Virus record (IMG/VR): IMGVR_UViG_3300024308_000021
Coordinates: 69,467 to 125,585 of that record
Source of the DNA: a virus
Length of the DNA: 56,119 bases
Strand: one strand, 5' to 3'
The notes under the pieces are model-generated. The model searched no databases, was not told where the DNA came from, and saw only the letters and a program-made list of their open reading frames with translations. The position numbers and the translations under genes are program-made. Every line of letters begins with the position of its first letter. The first letter of the stretch is position 1. This document shows positions 46,839 through 55,795 of the stretch, one piece after another.

Positions 46839-47108
46839 ATGGAAAACGAAATCGATCTCGTACCTGTTCCTGTTAAAGGACGTATCGTACGTCGTGACGG
46901 CAAGTACCACGTCGTACTGACTATCGATCGTAAGACTGGTAGCTTCTTTCTGTGGTGTCGTCGCGGTACTCATGACCGTAAGGTCTCAGGTCACACACTG
47001 ACACTGGAAGCCGACGACGTAATCACTGTTAGTCGTACTGAGCAGTTCCCACAAGACACTCTGAGCGCTATGCGTTTGGAAGAGTATTACCCAGTAACTA
47101 AGGATTAA
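46839..47108 (+). CDS. Hypothetical protein
   Basis: 89 aa, AAGGA RBS. Confidence 0.7.
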   Translation: MENEIDLVPVPVKGRIVRRDGKYHVVLTIDRKTGSFFLWCRRGTHDRKVSGHTLTLEADDVITVSRTEQFPQDTLSAMRLEEYYPVTKD

Positions 47109-47110
47109 GC

Positions 47111-47734
47111 ATGCAAGTCACAATGAAGCACTACACCTCTACTCGCTACACTAAGGATCAACTAAAATCTCTGCGTCAGCGTATCCAGATCGTTTCTAGC
47201 GCTCCAGTGAATTTCTTCTACAAGGGGGAGAAACTCGAGATTGACCACATCGGCGTACACCTGACGGAACGTCGTTATGGGTTTGATCTGACCTTCGCCA
47301 AGGTGCTGGAATTCCCCGAGATTCCAGAAGGGCACGAAGTCACCATCCAGATGATCAGTACCCACGGTGACCCTGACACCGAACGACACATCGGTAGTTT
47401 CAACATCGAGATAGCTCTCCCCACACTCCAGTCTCGTTTCCACGAATACTTCACCAAAGACGTAATGCCAGTACCGCTGTCTTCTACACTCGGGGACGTC
47501 GCTGAAGACGTGGCTGAACTAGCCCAACTGACCGGTCATTCCAAATGGAATTTCGGAAAGACCACCACCGAATATGAAATCCAACTTGATACGCATCTCG
47601 CGGCTGTCGGAACTACCTTGGAACAAGTTCACTCGGAGTTCCTGCGGGGAGTGGTTCTGTCCGCGCGTTATCCGGACGAAACTCGCTATCTGAACGGTTG
47701 TTTGTCTTACGGAAGAACAGGTAAATGTCAGTAA
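47111..47734 (+). CDS. Hypothetical protein
   Basis: 207 aa, AAGGA RBS. Confidence 0.75.
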   Translation: MQVTMKHYTSTRYTKDQLKSLRQRIQIVSSAPVNFFYKGEKLEIDHIGVHLTERRYGFDLTFAKVLEFPEIPEGHEVTIQMISTHGDPDTERHIGSFNIEIALPTLQSRFHEYFTKDVMPVPLSSTLGDVAEDVAELAQLTGHSKWNFGKTTTEYEIQLDTHLAAVGTTLEQVHSEFLRGVVLSARYPDETRYLNGCLSYGRTGKCQ

Positions 47735-47925
47735 TCACTCTACGTGTGTCCCGTAAAGGAGTCTGGGCATACCGAATGTTTTTACTTACGCTTGTAGCGC
47801 TTACTGTGTATCACACCTACCAGTTCCTACAGCACACTCCCAACCACCCCAAACCAATACCCAGTAAAGTAATCGACTCTACTGGTGATGTAATCTACTA
47901 CCCAAGCACTCACGAGGTAAAATAA
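47725..47925 (+). CDS. Small single-pass membrane protein
   Basis: 66 aa with hydrophobic stretch MFLLTLVALTVY; fills the operon gap. Confidence 0.6.
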   Translation: MSVITLRVSRKGVWAYRMFLLTLVALTVYHTYQFLQHTPNHPKPIPSKVIDSTGDVIYYPSTHEVK

Positions 47926-47926
47926 A

Positions 47927-48166
47927 ATGGCCGATCTCGACCGCAACGTAATGCTCTCCACTCAAGTCGCTTTCGCAGACCAGACCGAACTCGAGCAGTT
48001 CCAATCCACTAACGTACTGCCGCGCGAAGTTATGGAGCGTGGTATTGTGGTGAACCGCTACGGCCACCAGGATACCGTGACCCAACAAGCTTTCGAGCTG
48101 CCCGACGAGCTCGAAATGGTGATCTGTGAAATCGATGAAGTCGATGATGAACCGGAGGATGAATAG
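47927..48166 (+). CDS. Small acidic hypothetical protein
   Basis: 79 aa, GAGG RBS, D/E-rich C-terminus. Confidence 0.7.
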   Translation: MADLDRNVMLSTQVAFADQTELEQFQSTNVLPREVMERGIVVNRYGHQDTVTQQAFELPDELEMVICEIDEVDDEPEDE

Positions 48167-48168
48167 TA

Positions 48169-48456
48169 ATGTCTGTCCAAATCGATCCCAAGTACGTTAA
48201 GAAACTGGCTCGCAACCGGGGTACTGTAAAGCAGTTGGATCCGCTGATGGTAGCCTGCCCTAAAACCGGCTTGCTCTACCCAGTCACTACTGACGCCCCC
48301 GTGAACTACAACATCGGTGACGTACTGGAGTTCTCCTCCAGTGGCGACCTGGTAGCTCACACCCCGAAAAAGACCAAGGCTCGTTCCAGTAACGCTTCCT
48401 CTGGTATGACTCTACACACCACCACGTTCTCCAAAGACAAGTGGCTGAGTTGGTAA
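48169..48456 (+). CDS. Hypothetical protein
   Basis: 95 aa, GGAGG RBS. Confidence 0.7.
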   Translation: MSVQIDPKYVKKLARNRGTVKQLDPLMVACPKTGLLYPVTTDAPVNYNIGDVLEFSSSGDLVAHTPKKTKARSSNASSGMTLHTTTFSKDKWLSW

Positions 48457-48475
48457 GGAAACCAGGGTATCTTAG

Positions 48476-48505
48476 GGAGGGGCTTCGGCTCCTCCTTTTT
48501 ATTTT
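48476..48505 (+). terminator. Intrinsic terminator with UUCG loop
   Basis: GGAGGGGC-TTCG-GCTCCTCC followed by TTTTTATTTT. Confidence 0.85.
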
Positions 48506-48516
48506 GTTTCAGGGGG

Positions 48517-48930
48517 TTGTGGATGATAGACCCAGCTACTTTGGAGAGTTGGTTTGGAGACGAAGCTGGTCTTCAGATCTGGTATGACGTAGAAGAGTTC
48601 GCAAGACTACCTGATGGTGGGTTTCTAAACCACTGTACATCAGGAGCTCTGTATATACAGTCCGTATTAGGAGAGGGAGAGATCTACGGGTGGTTTGAAG
48701 GTACTAACCCAGATCGTCATCCCAAGATCTTAGGTGGTCACGACTTCCTAGTGTATCGTGATAGATGGATAATCGATCCGTGGTTGTCGGTGTATCGTTG
48801 TATAGCCCCTAAAACGGTTTGGGACTTACACACTGAGTTAGACACCATACGTGCATACTACGGAGATCCTACGACCTGGGTAGTACTACGTCCCGAGGGC
48901 TTCGTAAAAGTAGAAGGAAAATGGAAATGA
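48517..48930 (+). CDS. Hypothetical protein with putative Cys-His-Asp (papain/transglutaminase-like) triad
   Basis: NHCT...GGHDFL...WIIDPW. The start is TTG 48517 or ATG 48523. Confidence 0.65.
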   Translation: MWMIDPATLESWFGDEAGLQIWYDVEEFARLPDGGFLNHCTSGALYIQSVLGEGEIYGWFEGTNPDRHPKILGGHDFLVYRDRWIIDPWLSVYRCIAPKTVWDLHTELDTIRAYYGDPTTWVVLRPEGFVKVEGKWK

Positions 48931-49412
48931 GTTTGATCGCATTGGATCCTGAATGCGTGGTATTTGATACCTCGTTTGTTACCAGTAAAGGTTTTATAAT
49001 CCAGCAACCCAAAGGACGCTGGTATCCTGAAGATAAGATGTGGGTACTGGGGTGTGGTGGGATGTTCAACGAAGCTGCGTATGAAGAGATACGCCAGCTC
49101 GCTAAGGAGTATCTGGCTACTGGTGTGGCAGTGGAACACAAGAATGAAGAGTTGTTCTTCCATCCGGCACTGATCACTACACCAGATCGTGCGCTACGAC
49201 TGCATTGTGGTAAGCTACAGGAGGTAATCGAGCCTGAGCAGTGCGATGGTATCCTGGATCGTAGCTGGATTTTGTGTCAAGCCCAGGGACTCGGTTACTT
49301 GGAAACATTTCGGGTGATGTCTGTGGTGTGTCCTACGCTGCGTTACATCGCACATTATTCCCGTCTAACTGGTGAGATACAAGGAGCTTTCGATGCAACT
49401 ACTGGTATGTAA
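48927..49412 (+). CDS. Hypothetical protein, possible degenerate Ntn-hydrolase/HslV-like paralog
   Basis: ATG 48927 (ATGA overlap); N-terminus MSLIALDPECVVFDTS. Confidence 0.6.
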   Translation: MSLIALDPECVVFDTSFVTSKGFIIQQPKGRWYPEDKMWVLGCGGMFNEAAYEEIRQLAKEYLATGVAVEHKNEELFFHPALITTPDRALRLHCGKLQEVIEPEQCDGILDRSWILCQAQGLGYLETFRVMSVVCPTLRYIAHYSRLTGEIQGAFDATTGM

Positions 49413-49974
49413 TGGTGCGCTGTGGATTCCCACAAGCGTGATCCCTAACCCCACTACCGTACAACACCTAGACCCCGGTACGTTCTACACCGAGTATGGA
49501 CTGGTGGTGGCAGCTAGCTGGAATGGAGCCGAGGTGTTCAGAGAGTACCTCGAAACAGGGCACTTTAGTACAAACCTCCCCATCGAAGCTCCGATGGATC
49601 TGGGGGTAACCTACGGACACGACCAGAAACTCCGTGTATGGCAGCGTATCGGTAAAAAGATCATCTCGCGTGTACTGCCGGTAAACGAACGTATTCCGAG
49701 AGCTGTGTTTGGGTTTCAGGATGAAATCGAACCGTTAGATCTGGCTACCGCTGTAGCGTTGCAGCAGTTCGCTGTAGAGGGGATGGACTACGACGGAGGT
49801 TTCCTGTCCAGAAACCCGAACTGGACGTGTCACGTTCCTATGTTGATCGACACGCTCTCAGCCAACATACTGCTGGTACGACCTAGCAGAGAATGGACAG
49901 GGGTGTCGCTGATGAGGCTTGGAAGTGATTTTAAACCGATCCCTGTAATAGTAGGGAAGAAAACGAAGGGATAA
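49393..49974 (+). CDS. Hypothetical protein, possible degenerate Ntn-hydrolase/HslV-like paralog
   Basis: Start refined to ATG 49393 (AAGGAG RBS); N-terminus MQLLVCNGALWIPTS. Confidence 0.6.
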   Translation: MQLLVCNGALWIPTSVIPNPTTVQHLDPGTFYTEYGLVVAASWNGAEVFREYLETGHFSTNLPIEAPMDLGVTYGHDQKLRVWQRIGKKIISRVLPVNERIPRAVFGFQDEIEPLDLATAVALQQFAVEGMDYDGGFLSRNPNWTCHVPMLIDTLSANILLVRPSREWTGVSLMRLGSDFKPIPVIVGKKTKG

Positions 49975-49978
49975 GGTA

Positions 49979-50638
49979 ATGACAGTCGTCGTAATAAAGG
50001 ATGGCATACTGGCCATCGATCGGTGCGTTACTTCCTCACGCGAGGGGAGATTTGTTTCTAAAAAACCGCAAACAAAAATGTTGGAGTTTTCCAAGGACAG
50101 TGAACTTACTATCAGAGGAGAACCTCTGGTCAAAGCTTTCATTGCTGGTAGCCTGACCAACGCACACACGATCCTCACCGCAATACATTCAGAGAAAACT
50201 GCGAAGTCTCTAGAGCAGTTCCTGGAGCTACACCGTCTCTACAGTGTCACTATGGCTGGGATGTATTGGTTCATCCCTTCCAGTAAGAAACCAGGAGTCT
50301 GGTGGATTGTAAACTGGAATACTGGCGTAATACGAACAGTACCACATACGGAAAGCTACGTTACTCGCCCTACGGACGCCAACGCTACTGAGCTGGAAAA
50401 GTGGTTTGACACACCAGAAGAGGTCGTGTGGTTCTACAACAAGCTGAGCTCCGCGTGTGGGTTTGGTGTAAACATCTACAATCCTTGGACTGGAGTACTC
50501 GAGCAGATAGACGAGCCTAGTCCTGAGGTAGCTGAGAAAATCAGACAAACACTGATACGCAGCATAGACCTCTGGTTCCTGCGAGAACCAGAACCTAATG
50601 CAGAACTAAGTGCTGGAGATAAGGAGTTGGTTAAATGA
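49979..50638 (+). CDS. HslV/proteasome-beta-like (Ntn-hydrolase) protein
   Basis: MTVVVIKDGILAIDR..T N-terminus, conserved K, AG and CG.GV near the C-terminus. Confidence 0.6.
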   Translation: MTVVVIKDGILAIDRCVTSSREGRFVSKKPQTKMLEFSKDSELTIRGEPLVKAFIAGSLTNAHTILTAIHSEKTAKSLEQFLELHRLYSVTMAGMYWFIPSSKKPGVWWIVNWNTGVIRTVPHTESYVTRPTDANATELEKWFDTPEEVVWFYNKLSSACGFGVNIYNPWTGVLEQIDEPSPEVAEKIRQTLIRSIDLWFLREPEPNAELSAGDKELVK

Positions 50639-51303
50639 CAATTTCTGTTTACTGGAAGGGGAAGTTTGCAACGGATCGGCAGATAAGTATAACAAAGGCC
50701 GGGAAGACTGTAGGTAAGTTGAGTCAAACGAAGATCAGAACGTTTGATGAACATAGTCCTTTTCTGTTTAATGGACACCACGTTCGCGCAATAGCTGTGG
50801 CTGGAACCCCTGCTGAGTTGGATGAAATTCTAACGGATGTGTCAGTTGAGGACCGTCCATTCCACGAAAAGGTAAACTACGATTTACTAAACTACTACTG
50901 TATACGTAAAGAAGGGGGTGGTAAATACGACATCCTCACGTGGATTTTAGCCGACAAGCTGTATCGCGTCAACTGGACTGCGTTTACTTGTCGAACTTAC
51001 CGGAACGATAGCATAGATACAACTTTATTTATTTCAGAACCTTCAGACGTACAGTTACCACTTGAAACTATCAGGTGGTGTAATTCAGCAGAAGAGATAG
51101 CGTGGCTTTACAACGCCTTCTCACGTGGTTGTGGTTACGGTGTAGATGTGCTGGACATCCACACTGGGGAGGTTACCTACCACCCTTACCCTTCCGAAGA
51201 CACCAGACAGCGTATCCGTCGTACGCTGCTGGACAACTTGGATCGTTTCTTCTGTCCCCCTATTCCAGAGGACCGTGAGGAACTACTGGTTTACGAAGTC
51301 TAA
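50635..51303 (+). CDS. HslV/proteasome-beta-like (Ntn-hydrolase) protein, tandem paralog
   Basis: MTISVYWKGKFATDRQ; shares QTK, AG, VNW, W....EE..W.YN..S..CG.GV and PS......IR.TL...D.FF with the upstream gene. Confidence 0.6.
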   Translation: MTISVYWKGKFATDRQISITKAGKTVGKLSQTKIRTFDEHSPFLFNGHHVRAIAVAGTPAELDEILTDVSVEDRPFHEKVNYDLLNYYCIRKEGGGKYDILTWILADKLYRVNWTAFTCRTYRNDSIDTTLFISEPSDVQLPLETIRWCNSAEEIAWLYNAFSRGCGYGVDVLDIHTGEVTYHPYPSEDTRQRIRRTLLDNLDRFFCPPIPEDREELLVYEV

Positions 51304-51325
51304 TCCAGGCTCCATTGGATCTGAA

Positions 51326-51336
51326 ACCTAAATTAC
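51326..51336 (+). promoter_or_regulatory. Putative early/middle promoter
   Basis: ACCTAAATTAC (one mismatch to TATATTAC), followed by the hairpin GTGGTTCT/AGAACCAC. Confidence 0.5.
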
Positions 51337-51403
51337 TTTAATGACTTGTGGTTCTTTAGAGAACCACCATACCTACGTAGCCTACTAATAAGGAAATATC
51401 GCT

Positions 51404-51763
51404 ATGTTCGAATCAATACGTAAAGCTTACCACCTTCTGCGTTCCTTCCCGATGATCCGTGAAGTTTGTCGGCTCGGATACGATCTGGTTCCGGCCGGGT
51501 CTCAACTCCACCCCAACCCCGAGGTACGTCGTGAACACTATCGGGGGTTCCGTGTGATCGACTCCAAAGGTCGTGAAGAGATCTTCCGTCCTACTCGTGA
51601 ACTCGGGATTGTAGAAGAGAAGCGCATCCTGCAAACTCTCTATGATCGTGGTTACACCGTCGAGTGTGTGTGGGTGGAAGAACAATACCGCTCTCGTGAA
51701 TGTATCGATTGGGTTTACGAAGAGCGCTACTACAACTTCTGGGGCTATATCCACAATGCTTAA
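51404..51763 (+). CDS. Hypothetical protein
   Basis: 119 aa, TAAGGA RBS. Confidence 0.75.
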   Translation: MFESIRKAYHLLRSFPMIREVCRLGYDLVPAGSQLHPNPEVRREHYRGFRVIDSKGREEIFRPTRELGIVEEKRILQTLYDRGYTVECVWVEEQYRSRECIDWVYEERYYNFWGYIHNA

Positions 51764-51986
51764 ATTCGTAGTATCCCGACTCGTGGGGTGGGAACCCCAC
51801 GGTCGTATTGCTTGGCTGATTGCTATTCGCGTGGTATGGTTTCGTTTGCTTATAGCCGCAAGCATGGCTCTCGCCTGGAACTCCGACTACGGTTGGTTTA
51901 CTAAGGCGGTAGTAACCCTGGTACTGATTCTCTTCTGGTCTGCGGAACGTCGTGGACACTTACAACAACTGGAGCGTATACAATGA
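51756..51986 (+). CDS. Small membrane protein
   Basis: Start refined to ATG 51756. Two hydrophobic segments; its stop overlaps the ligase start (ATGA). Confidence 0.6.
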   Translation: MLKFVVSRLVGWEPHGRIAWLIAIRVVWFRLLIAASMALAWNSDYGWFTKAVVTLVLILFWSAERRGHLQQLERIQ

Positions 51987-53944
51987 CTCTCGAAGAACTC
52001 CGTACACTGACCGATACGCTTCGTTACTACTCGGATGCGTATCACCTACGCAACGAGCCTCTGATTTCTGATGCTGAGTACGATGCTCGGTATCGTTTAC
52101 TGGAAGCCGCTGAGGCGATCCACGGAGCTCTCCCCAACTCTCCTACCCGACTCGTAGGGGGCGCTGTTAAAATCGATTTCAGCACTGCTCAGCATCGCAT
52201 TCCTATGCTCTCACTGCGAGACGTCTTCGTAGCCGAAGAACTCGTGGAGTGGTTGGAGTGGTGTACTCGTCAGTCTCAAGACCAAGCCTGGTTTATTGCC
52301 GAACCTAAACTCGACGGTTTGGCTCTGAGTCTGACCTACGAACACGGACGCTTGGTACAAGCTCTGACTCGTGGTGACGGGACTACTGGTGAGTTAGTAA
52401 CAGCACAAGCCATGGCTATCCAAAACGTGCCTCTGCGTATTCCAGCTCAGGAGCGCATTGAGTTCCGTGGTGAAGCTATGCTCACTCGTCAGCAGTTTGC
52501 TAAGCTGCGTACCAAAGGCGTAGAGCTCGCTAACTGTCGTAACGGAGCAGCTGGTGCTATGCGTAACAAAGACCCACGTAAGACTGCTGAACGTGGTCTG
52601 CGGTTCTACTGCTACCAAGTACAGCGGGACGTAGTAGGAGCTACGCAACAAGCTGAACTCGCTTTCGCTAAAGAACAAGGCTTCGAGATCTCGCTCGATC
52701 TCCTCTCCCCTTACGTAAACCAAATCGTAGGACGTTCTCGTGAGTGGTTGCTGGCTACTGTAGCTACCGTTAAAGAACGTCGCGATGAACTCCCGGTGGA
52801 CATCGACGGGATAGTGTTCAAAGTCACTTCCATTCCACTTCAGTCTGCACTAGGTTGGGTTTCCCGTACTCCTAAGTGGGCTGCTGCTTGGAAGTACTAC
52901 GGGGACACAGCTGAGACTACGCTGGACGACATCGTAGATCAAGTCGGACGTACTGGAGCTATCACTCCTCGTGCGGTACTGCAACCCGTTCGCATCGGCG
53001 GTGTTACGGTTTCCTCAGCTACGCTGCACAACTACGACGAAATCCGTAGACTCCAAATCCGTCCTGGCGTCAGAGTCCTACTGGAACGAGCTGGCGACGT
53101 TATCCCGAAGATCCGTGGTGTGGTGGGACATCCTAGTAAGGTAGTGTACACACCTCACGCAGAGCCTACTGAGTGCCCTGCTTGTGGTATTGCTTTAGTG
53201 CGTGCGGAAGGTGAAGTAGCGCTACGCTGTCCTAACGCGTCAGGCTGTCCCGCCCAGTCCCTACGTAGACTGATGCAACTCGTGTCTCGTAAAGGATTCG
53301 ATGTGGAAGGAGTGGCTGAAGCTACTCTCATCCAGTCTGGAGTAGACATCGCCAATGCAGGACTTCTGTGGACCTACGACGCAGCGAAGTGGCAGTCCTT
53401 AGGGTTGGGTCCGGTAGAAGCTCAGAACGTTGTAAAAGCGTTCCAGAGCCGTCTGGATATCCCTGCGCACCAGTACTACTTCGGGTTAGGTATTCCTGGA
53501 GTAGGAGAGTCTACCGCGAAGCTTTTCGCTAAGCATTATCCGAATGTTCACGCTCTAGCTAAAGCCGCTATCGACGGAGTGCTGATAGCTCTGCCAGACG
53601 TAGGGGTAGTCACCCAAGCTTCTGTGTGTGAGTTCTACGAAACCAACCGAGCTTTCCTGGAATCGTTAGACACAGTAGGAGTTACTCCTGTAGTGACTAC
53701 CACTGGAGTAGAACAGCGCTTGGCTGGTAAGACCTACGTAATCACCGGTAGTTTCACCAACTACACTCGTCCCGAGATCCAGACCGCACTAGAAGCTCTT
53801 GGAGCTAAGGTTTCAGGTTCGGTCTCTAGTAAAACCACAGCAGTGTTTGCAGGTGCAGACGCTGGTAGTAAATTAACCAAAGCCCAGGAGTTGGGAATCC
53901 CAGTCCTGGGAGAACCCGAGCTCATTCTGGAGTTAGGAGCTTAA
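51983..53944 (+). CDS. ligA: NAD-dependent DNA ligase
   Basis: ISDAEYD, adenylation motif EPKLDG, TRGDG..GE, DGIVFK, QVGRTG.ITP, ATLHN, RAGDVIP, C4 zinc finger, HhH repeats and a C-terminal BRCT domain (GSVSSKT, AGSKL.KA..LGI). Confidence 0.97.
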   Translation: MTLEELRTLTDTLRYYSDAYHLRNEPLISDAEYDARYRLLEAAEAIHGALPNSPTRLVGGAVKIDFSTAQHRIPMLSLRDVFVAEELVEWLEWCTRQSQDQAWFIAEPKLDGLALSLTYEHGRLVQALTRGDGTTGELVTAQAMAIQNVPLRIPAQERIEFRGEAMLTRQQFAKLRTKGVELANCRNGAAGAMRNKDPRKTAERGLRFYCYQVQRDVVGATQQAELAFAKEQGFEISLDLLSPYVNQIVGRSREWLLATVATVKERRDELPVDIDGIVFKVTSIPLQSALGWVSRTPKWAAAWKYYGDTAETTLDDIVDQVGRTGAITPRAVLQPVRIGGVTVSSATLHNYDEIRRLQIRPGVRVLLERAGDVIPKIRGVVGHPSKVVYTPHAEPTECPACGIALVRAEGEVALRCPNASGCPAQSLRRLMQLVSRKGFDVEGVAEATLIQSGVDIANAGLLWTYDAAKWQSLGLGPVEAQNVVKAFQSRLDIPAHQYYFGLGIPGVGESTAKLFAKHYPNVHALAKAAIDGVLIALPDVGVVTQASVCEFYETNRAFLESLDTVGVTPVVTTTGVEQRLAGKTYVITGSFTNYTRPEIQTALEALGAKVSGSVSSKTTAVFAGADAGSKLTKAQELGIPVLGEPELILELGA

Positions 53945-53945
53945 G

Positions 53946-54410
53946 ATGTCATACGCAAAACCAATGAGTGAGCAGGAAGTTGAATACATGCGGGGTCTAG
54001 AACCCCGCGATCTACTGACAGCTTCTATCCAAGACTGTCGTATCCAGTCTGATCCCCGTCAAGCCCACAAGCATTCCCGTAAAGTAGATCTGTTTATCCG
54101 GGCAATCCAACCTACTGGGGAAGTGAAACTCTACACCTCTCCTAAAGAGTGTATTGAGCTGCTGGAGCTTGCGGCTAAAGCGTTCGAGGGAGGAGACTAC
54201 CGTAACCTTACCGACAAACGCCAAACCTCTTACGATCGCACCTACGCTCGTAAGAAGACCTGCAAAACCCGTACTACTATTCTGGAGTTCGACACCTACC
54301 GTCAGGTCGGTGAGTTAAAGAAAACAGATGTGCAGTATTTCGTGAGTATTACCACCCCGACCGTATTCGATGACCCAGGTATCGAACTCGGCCCTGAAGA
54401 CCTCAAGTAA
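53946..54410 (+). CDS. Hypothetical protein
   Basis: 154 aa, AGGAG RBS. Confidence 0.75.
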   Translation: MSYAKPMSEQEVEYMRGLEPRDLLTASIQDCRIQSDPRQAHKHSRKVDLFIRAIQPTGEVKLYTSPKECIELLELAAKAFEGGDYRNLTDKRQTSYDRTYARKKTCKTRTTILEFDTYRQVGELKKTDVQYFVSITTPTVFDDPGIELGPEDLK

Positions 54411-54426
54411 CTGAAAGGAGTTTTAC

Positions 54427-54735
54427 ATGAATCGTTCCGCTGTAGCAGTAGCCCGTCGTATCGTTTCGGTAATGGAAAAGCAAGAGCGTACTCTGGTACA
54501 AATCCCCCGAGAGGAATTCAAACAACTCTCGGGCCGTAGTCAGCTTCGTAAGTCGTTTGAACAAGAAGTGCTGGGCCATCTGGCCGAGCAAGGTTACCTG
54601 GGTGTATTCGGTGACTCGTCGGTATTGGTATCCTACGACGAACTCCAACCTGAGCTTCAATTGGAGCCTGGTAGCCTCCAGTTCCGTCGTCGTAAGCGTA
54701 AGTTCCGTAAGCCCGCCGCTGTAGCGGCTGAATAA
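54427..54735 (+). CDS. Small basic protein, possibly nucleic-acid binding
   Basis: 102 aa, AAGGAG RBS, C-terminal RRRKRKFRK. Confidence 0.75.
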   Translation: MNRSAVAVARRIVSVMEKQERTLVQIPREEFKQLSGRSQLRKSFEQEVLGHLAEQGYLGVFGDSSVLVSYDELQPELQLEPGSLQFRRRKRKFRKPAAVAAE

Positions 54736-54740
54736 GTCGG

Positions 54741-54770
54741 TTCCAAAATACCATAGGTACATATTACCTA
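54741..54770 (+). promoter_or_regulatory. Putative early promoter
   Basis: TTCCAAAATACCA-N6-CATATTAC, colinear with 26511-26537. Confidence 0.65.
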
Positions 54771-54828
54771 AGTGCAATTCTGATTGTAAATGCGCTAACG
54801 CGCCCAACTGCTAATAAGGAAACTCGTA

Positions 54829-55215
54829 ATGAATCGTCATGACAACATCGGTTTTGAAGTAATGCTCAACCTGGGTACTCTGGGTAACGCCAACCAAGGC
54901 GGCGGCGCTTGGGTAACTCGTCTGTGTGTGGTAGTAGACGCCCCCACTGTTGGTGCGGATGGCGTCGACAAAGCTGGTAAGGTGGTTGCTGACTTCATCC
55001 GCAAACAGACTGACGTGTGCCCGTATCTGAACCTGGGTGGTGGTGAAGTCGCAGCGGAGCAAGTCGGTAGCTGGTTGTCCCAGGTAGCTGACGCGGTGGA
55101 GGAAGAACTGCTTCCTCGCTGGGGGTTCTTCGGAGCCGAGCTCCAGCATGAGAACTACGAAGGTAAGTTGGACAAAGCTGTGCTGCGCATCCAGCCGCAC
55201 TGGCATCAGTTCTAA
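54829..55215 (+). CDS. Hypothetical early protein
   Basis: 128 aa, TAAGGA RBS, biased codons. Confidence 0.75.
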   Translation: MNRHDNIGFEVMLNLGTLGNANQGGGAWVTRLCVVVDAPTVGADGVDKAGKVVADFIRKQTDVCPYLNLGGGEVAAEQVGSWLSQVADAVEEELLPRWGFFGAELQHENYEGKLDKAVLRIQPHWHQF

Positions 55216-55239
55216 CAGCTACTGCGCATAAGCAGTACC

Positions 55240-55279
55240 GAGTGTAGGGGGCTACCCCCTACACTCTTCTTTTTCTTTA
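55240..55279 (+). terminator. Intrinsic terminator
   Basis: GAGTGTAGGGGG-CTA-CCCCCTACACTC followed by TTCTTTTT. Confidence 0.9.
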
Positions 55280-55292
55280 TCGCAAAGGAGTC

Positions 55293-55781
55293 GTGATGAG
55301 CAAAGTTCCTCGTCACCAGTGGCCTATCTACCAAATCGATGATGGTCGTCCTTGCCGTATCCAGGGTTTCCATTACTCTGAGACACCGCTGGTAGGTACT
55401 CTGAAACCTCAACCGATGTTTGTGTCAGACCACCCCACGGAGTATGACGCACCGTGGCTTAAAACCAACCGACCGGAGTGTTACACCGGGTGGTTTGAGT
55501 TACGTCAACCTAAGGTGGTAGAGTCGCGTACTCCATTCGACCACTTGGGCAGTATCACTGACTGGAGTGAACAAGGTTACGATTCGGTGGTGTGGCGCGA
55601 CCCACTAGCTGAGTCAGCTCAGTTCCCCGCCGAGATCTGGTTGTTTAACGCGCAGGACGCGCAGATGACCCCGATGTTCCCAGTGGTCCCAATAGCTAGA
55701 ATCATCGCGGAGCAGTCCCCGCCTCCGATGTTTACTCCACCAGAAGACTCGGAATACGAATACCTAGTACAAATCGTCTAA
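55293..55781 (+). CDS. Putative ADP-ribosyltransferase-fold protein (ART-PolyVal-like pattern)
   Basis: FHYS...MFVS...GYDSVV..D...EIWLFN, AAGGAG RBS. Confidence 0.5.
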   Translation: MMSKVPRHQWPIYQIDDGRPCRIQGFHYSETPLVGTLKPQPMFVSDHPTEYDAPWLKTNRPECYTGWFELRQPKVVESRTPFDHLGSITDWSEQGYDSVVWRDPLAESAQFPAEIWLFNAQDAQMTPMFPVVPIARIIAEQSPPPMFTPPEDSEYEYLVQIV

Positions 55782-55795
55782 TAAGGAAATACATC

